Positions 5,841 to 7,128 of a stretch of DNA of 7,128 nucleotides are shown here, one piece after another. The translations under genes were made by a program, and so were the position numbers. Within the stretch, counting starts at the first letter, position 1; each line of letters opens with the position of its first letter. The stretch is from a virus. Lineage: Duplodnaviria > Heunggongvirae > Uroviricota > Caudoviricetes. The stretch is from positions 1-7,128 of IMG/VR virus record IMGVR_UViG_2695420565_000021, one strand, 5' to 3'. The notes beneath the pieces were generated by a model. That model was not told the origin of the DNA. It saw only the letters and a program-made list of their open reading frames with translations, and ran no database searches.

Positions 5841-6899
5841 TTAATTTGCCGCAGCAGTTGCCAGTCGCGCCTTACGCTGCGGTCGAACATACACAAGCCA
5901 GGACGCAGTCCAGACTCCGAGAATCATAAATACAAGGCCAATCCAGCCCTGCCAGGTCATCATTGCAGTCATAACCAGTCCATTACCGATAGAGCAACCA
6001 CCTGCAATACTGGCACCGAAGCCCATCAGTACACCACCTAACCCGCTACGTAATGTTGTTTGTGCATCAGCTGCGCGAACGCGGAACTCACGGCTCGCTT
6101 TGGCTGCAATAAATGACCCCACGAAGATCCCTAACACCAGGAAAACGCCCCAGTTAATGTATTTCATGTCACCCGCGACCAGAAATTGCAGAATATTGGC
6201 CGTTGGGGAAGTGATTCCTAACCCAAACATGCGTCCGGTTGCTTCACTCAGGGGCCAGGCTAAAAGCGCAATCAAACCGATGAGTACAGCAGTGACAAAG
6301 GGATGCCAGCGTTTTTCAAACAGAATATGAGCGATCCCGGTTCGGCGCGGCGGTAAGGTCGCGACTTTGAGTTTTGGCTTCTTCAACTCTTTCATCACCA
6401 CCCAGAGCGTTATCACCAGCAAAACGGCAACCAACGGCCACACAGACAAATTAAAAGTCTCAGCAATAGAGTTATGTTCAGTACTGTAGTGCTGCAAGGT
6501 TTGATTTAAACCACTGGCATGTGGAGAACGCATCACCGCACTCATCACCATATAAGTGAAAAGCGCGATCCAACTGCCGATCAATCCCTCACCCGCGCGA
6601 TACCAGGTCCCGGTGGCACATCCACCCGCCAGAACAATTCCCAGCCCGAAGATATACCCACCTATAACAGTACCAAGCCACGGGAACGCCCCGGCTTCGT
6701 AAGTCAGTAGGCCCGCCTGAATTAACGCAAAAACCCCCACGCTTTGTACCGAAATTGCAATCAGCAAGGCGTAAAACATGCGATTATTTTTCACGATATA
6801 CATATCGCGAAAACCACCTGTCAGGCAAAAACGCCCACGCTGCATGACAAATCCCAGCAGAGCACCACAAATTAGCCCGCTTAATATCATTGAAAACAT
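5841..6899 (-). CDS. yeeE: YeeE/YedE-family inner-membrane transporter (thiosulfate uptake), 352 aa
   Basis: Long - strand ORF encoding a highly hydrophobic multi-pass membrane protein with repeated Cys-containing motifs (RGRFCLTGGFRD, GGCATGTWYRAGEG, GGCSIGNG) typical of YeeE/YedE. Conserved position upstream of yeeD. Confidence 0.9.
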   Translation of the reverse strand: MFSMILSGLICGALLGFVMQRGRFCLTGGFRDMYIVKNNRMFYALLIAISVQSVGVFALIQAGLLTYEAGAFPWLGTVIGGYIFGLGIVLAGGCATGTWYRAGEGLIGSWIALFTYMVMSAVMRSPHASGLNQTLQHYSTEHNSIAETFNLSVWPLVAVLLVITLWVVMKELKKPKLKVATLPPRRTGIAHILFEKRWHPFVTAVLIGLIALLAWPLSEATGRMFGLGITSPTANILQFLVAGDMKYINWGVFLVLGIFVGSFIAAKASREFRVRAADAQTTLRSGLGGVLMGFGASIAGGCSIGNGLVMTAMMTWQGWIGLVFMILGVWTASWLVYVRPQRKARLATAAAN

Positions 6900-7053
6900 A
6901 AATTAATTAACCAGATGAATGTTAATGAGGAAATTATTCATGACTGGTGGAATGCAGACCAATAACCAAATTCTCTAAATTAGAACAAATGGTTATTAAT
7001 GAGGAGTTCGATACAAAAGAATAAAAAAACCGAAGCCAGGTAATGACTCCAAC

Positions 7054-7128
7054 TTACTGATAGTGTTTTATGTTCAGATAATGCCCGATGACCTTGTCAT
7101 GCAGCTCCACCGATTTTGAGAACGACAG
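7054..7128 (-). CDS. plaP: Probable 3' end of an upstream - strand gene, consistent by synteny with plaP/yeeF (partial, continues beyond the window)
   Basis: The only - strand frame open to the window edge reads ...LSFSKSVELHDKVIGHYLNIKHYQ then stop (TAA complement at 7054-7056). Assignment to plaP/yeeF rests on remembered gene order sbcB-yeeD-yeeE-yeeF, not on the 24 visible residues. Confidence 0.4.
   Translation of the reverse strand: MSFSKSVELHDKVIGHYLNIKHYQ

Noticed and set aside
5655-6041. 128-aa + strand ORF antisense to yeeD and yeeE
   Set aside because: Overlaps two conserved - strand genes; Ser/Thr/Cys-rich, non-protein-like composition.
1-7128. CRISPR array or IS element/transposase
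   Set aside because: No regularly spaced repeat-spacer array and no transposase-like ORF or terminal inverted repeats were seen anywhere in the window.

Overview
This window appears to span the integrase-proximal end of a lambdoid-type prophage inserted at the 5' end of sbcB in an Escherichia-like chromosome, followed by core genes. Positions 1 to about 4160 are prophage: a run of + strand genes (a doubtful small acidic ORF, an Ea22-like coiled-coil protein, a DUF551 protein, a small Cys4 zinc-ribbon protein, a 114-aa orphan protein, an AlpA/Xis-family HTH protein) converging on a - strand P4/IntS-type tyrosine integrase. Positions 4133 to 7128 are core chromosome: sbcB (exonuclease I, +), yeeD (TusA-like, -), yeeE (thiosulfate transporter family, -) and what looks like the 3' end of plaP/yeeF (-). 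No rRNA, tRNA, CRISPR array or IS element was found. I did not identify a recognisable multi-gene defence or other system; the best candidates for undescribed function are the stand-alone zinc-ribbon gene and the 114-aa gene, which sits between two similar terminator-plus-RBS junctions. The sbcB N-terminus appears to be supplied by the element, and the int-sbcB spacer is dense in direct repeats. All family assignments are from reading the translations, not from searches.
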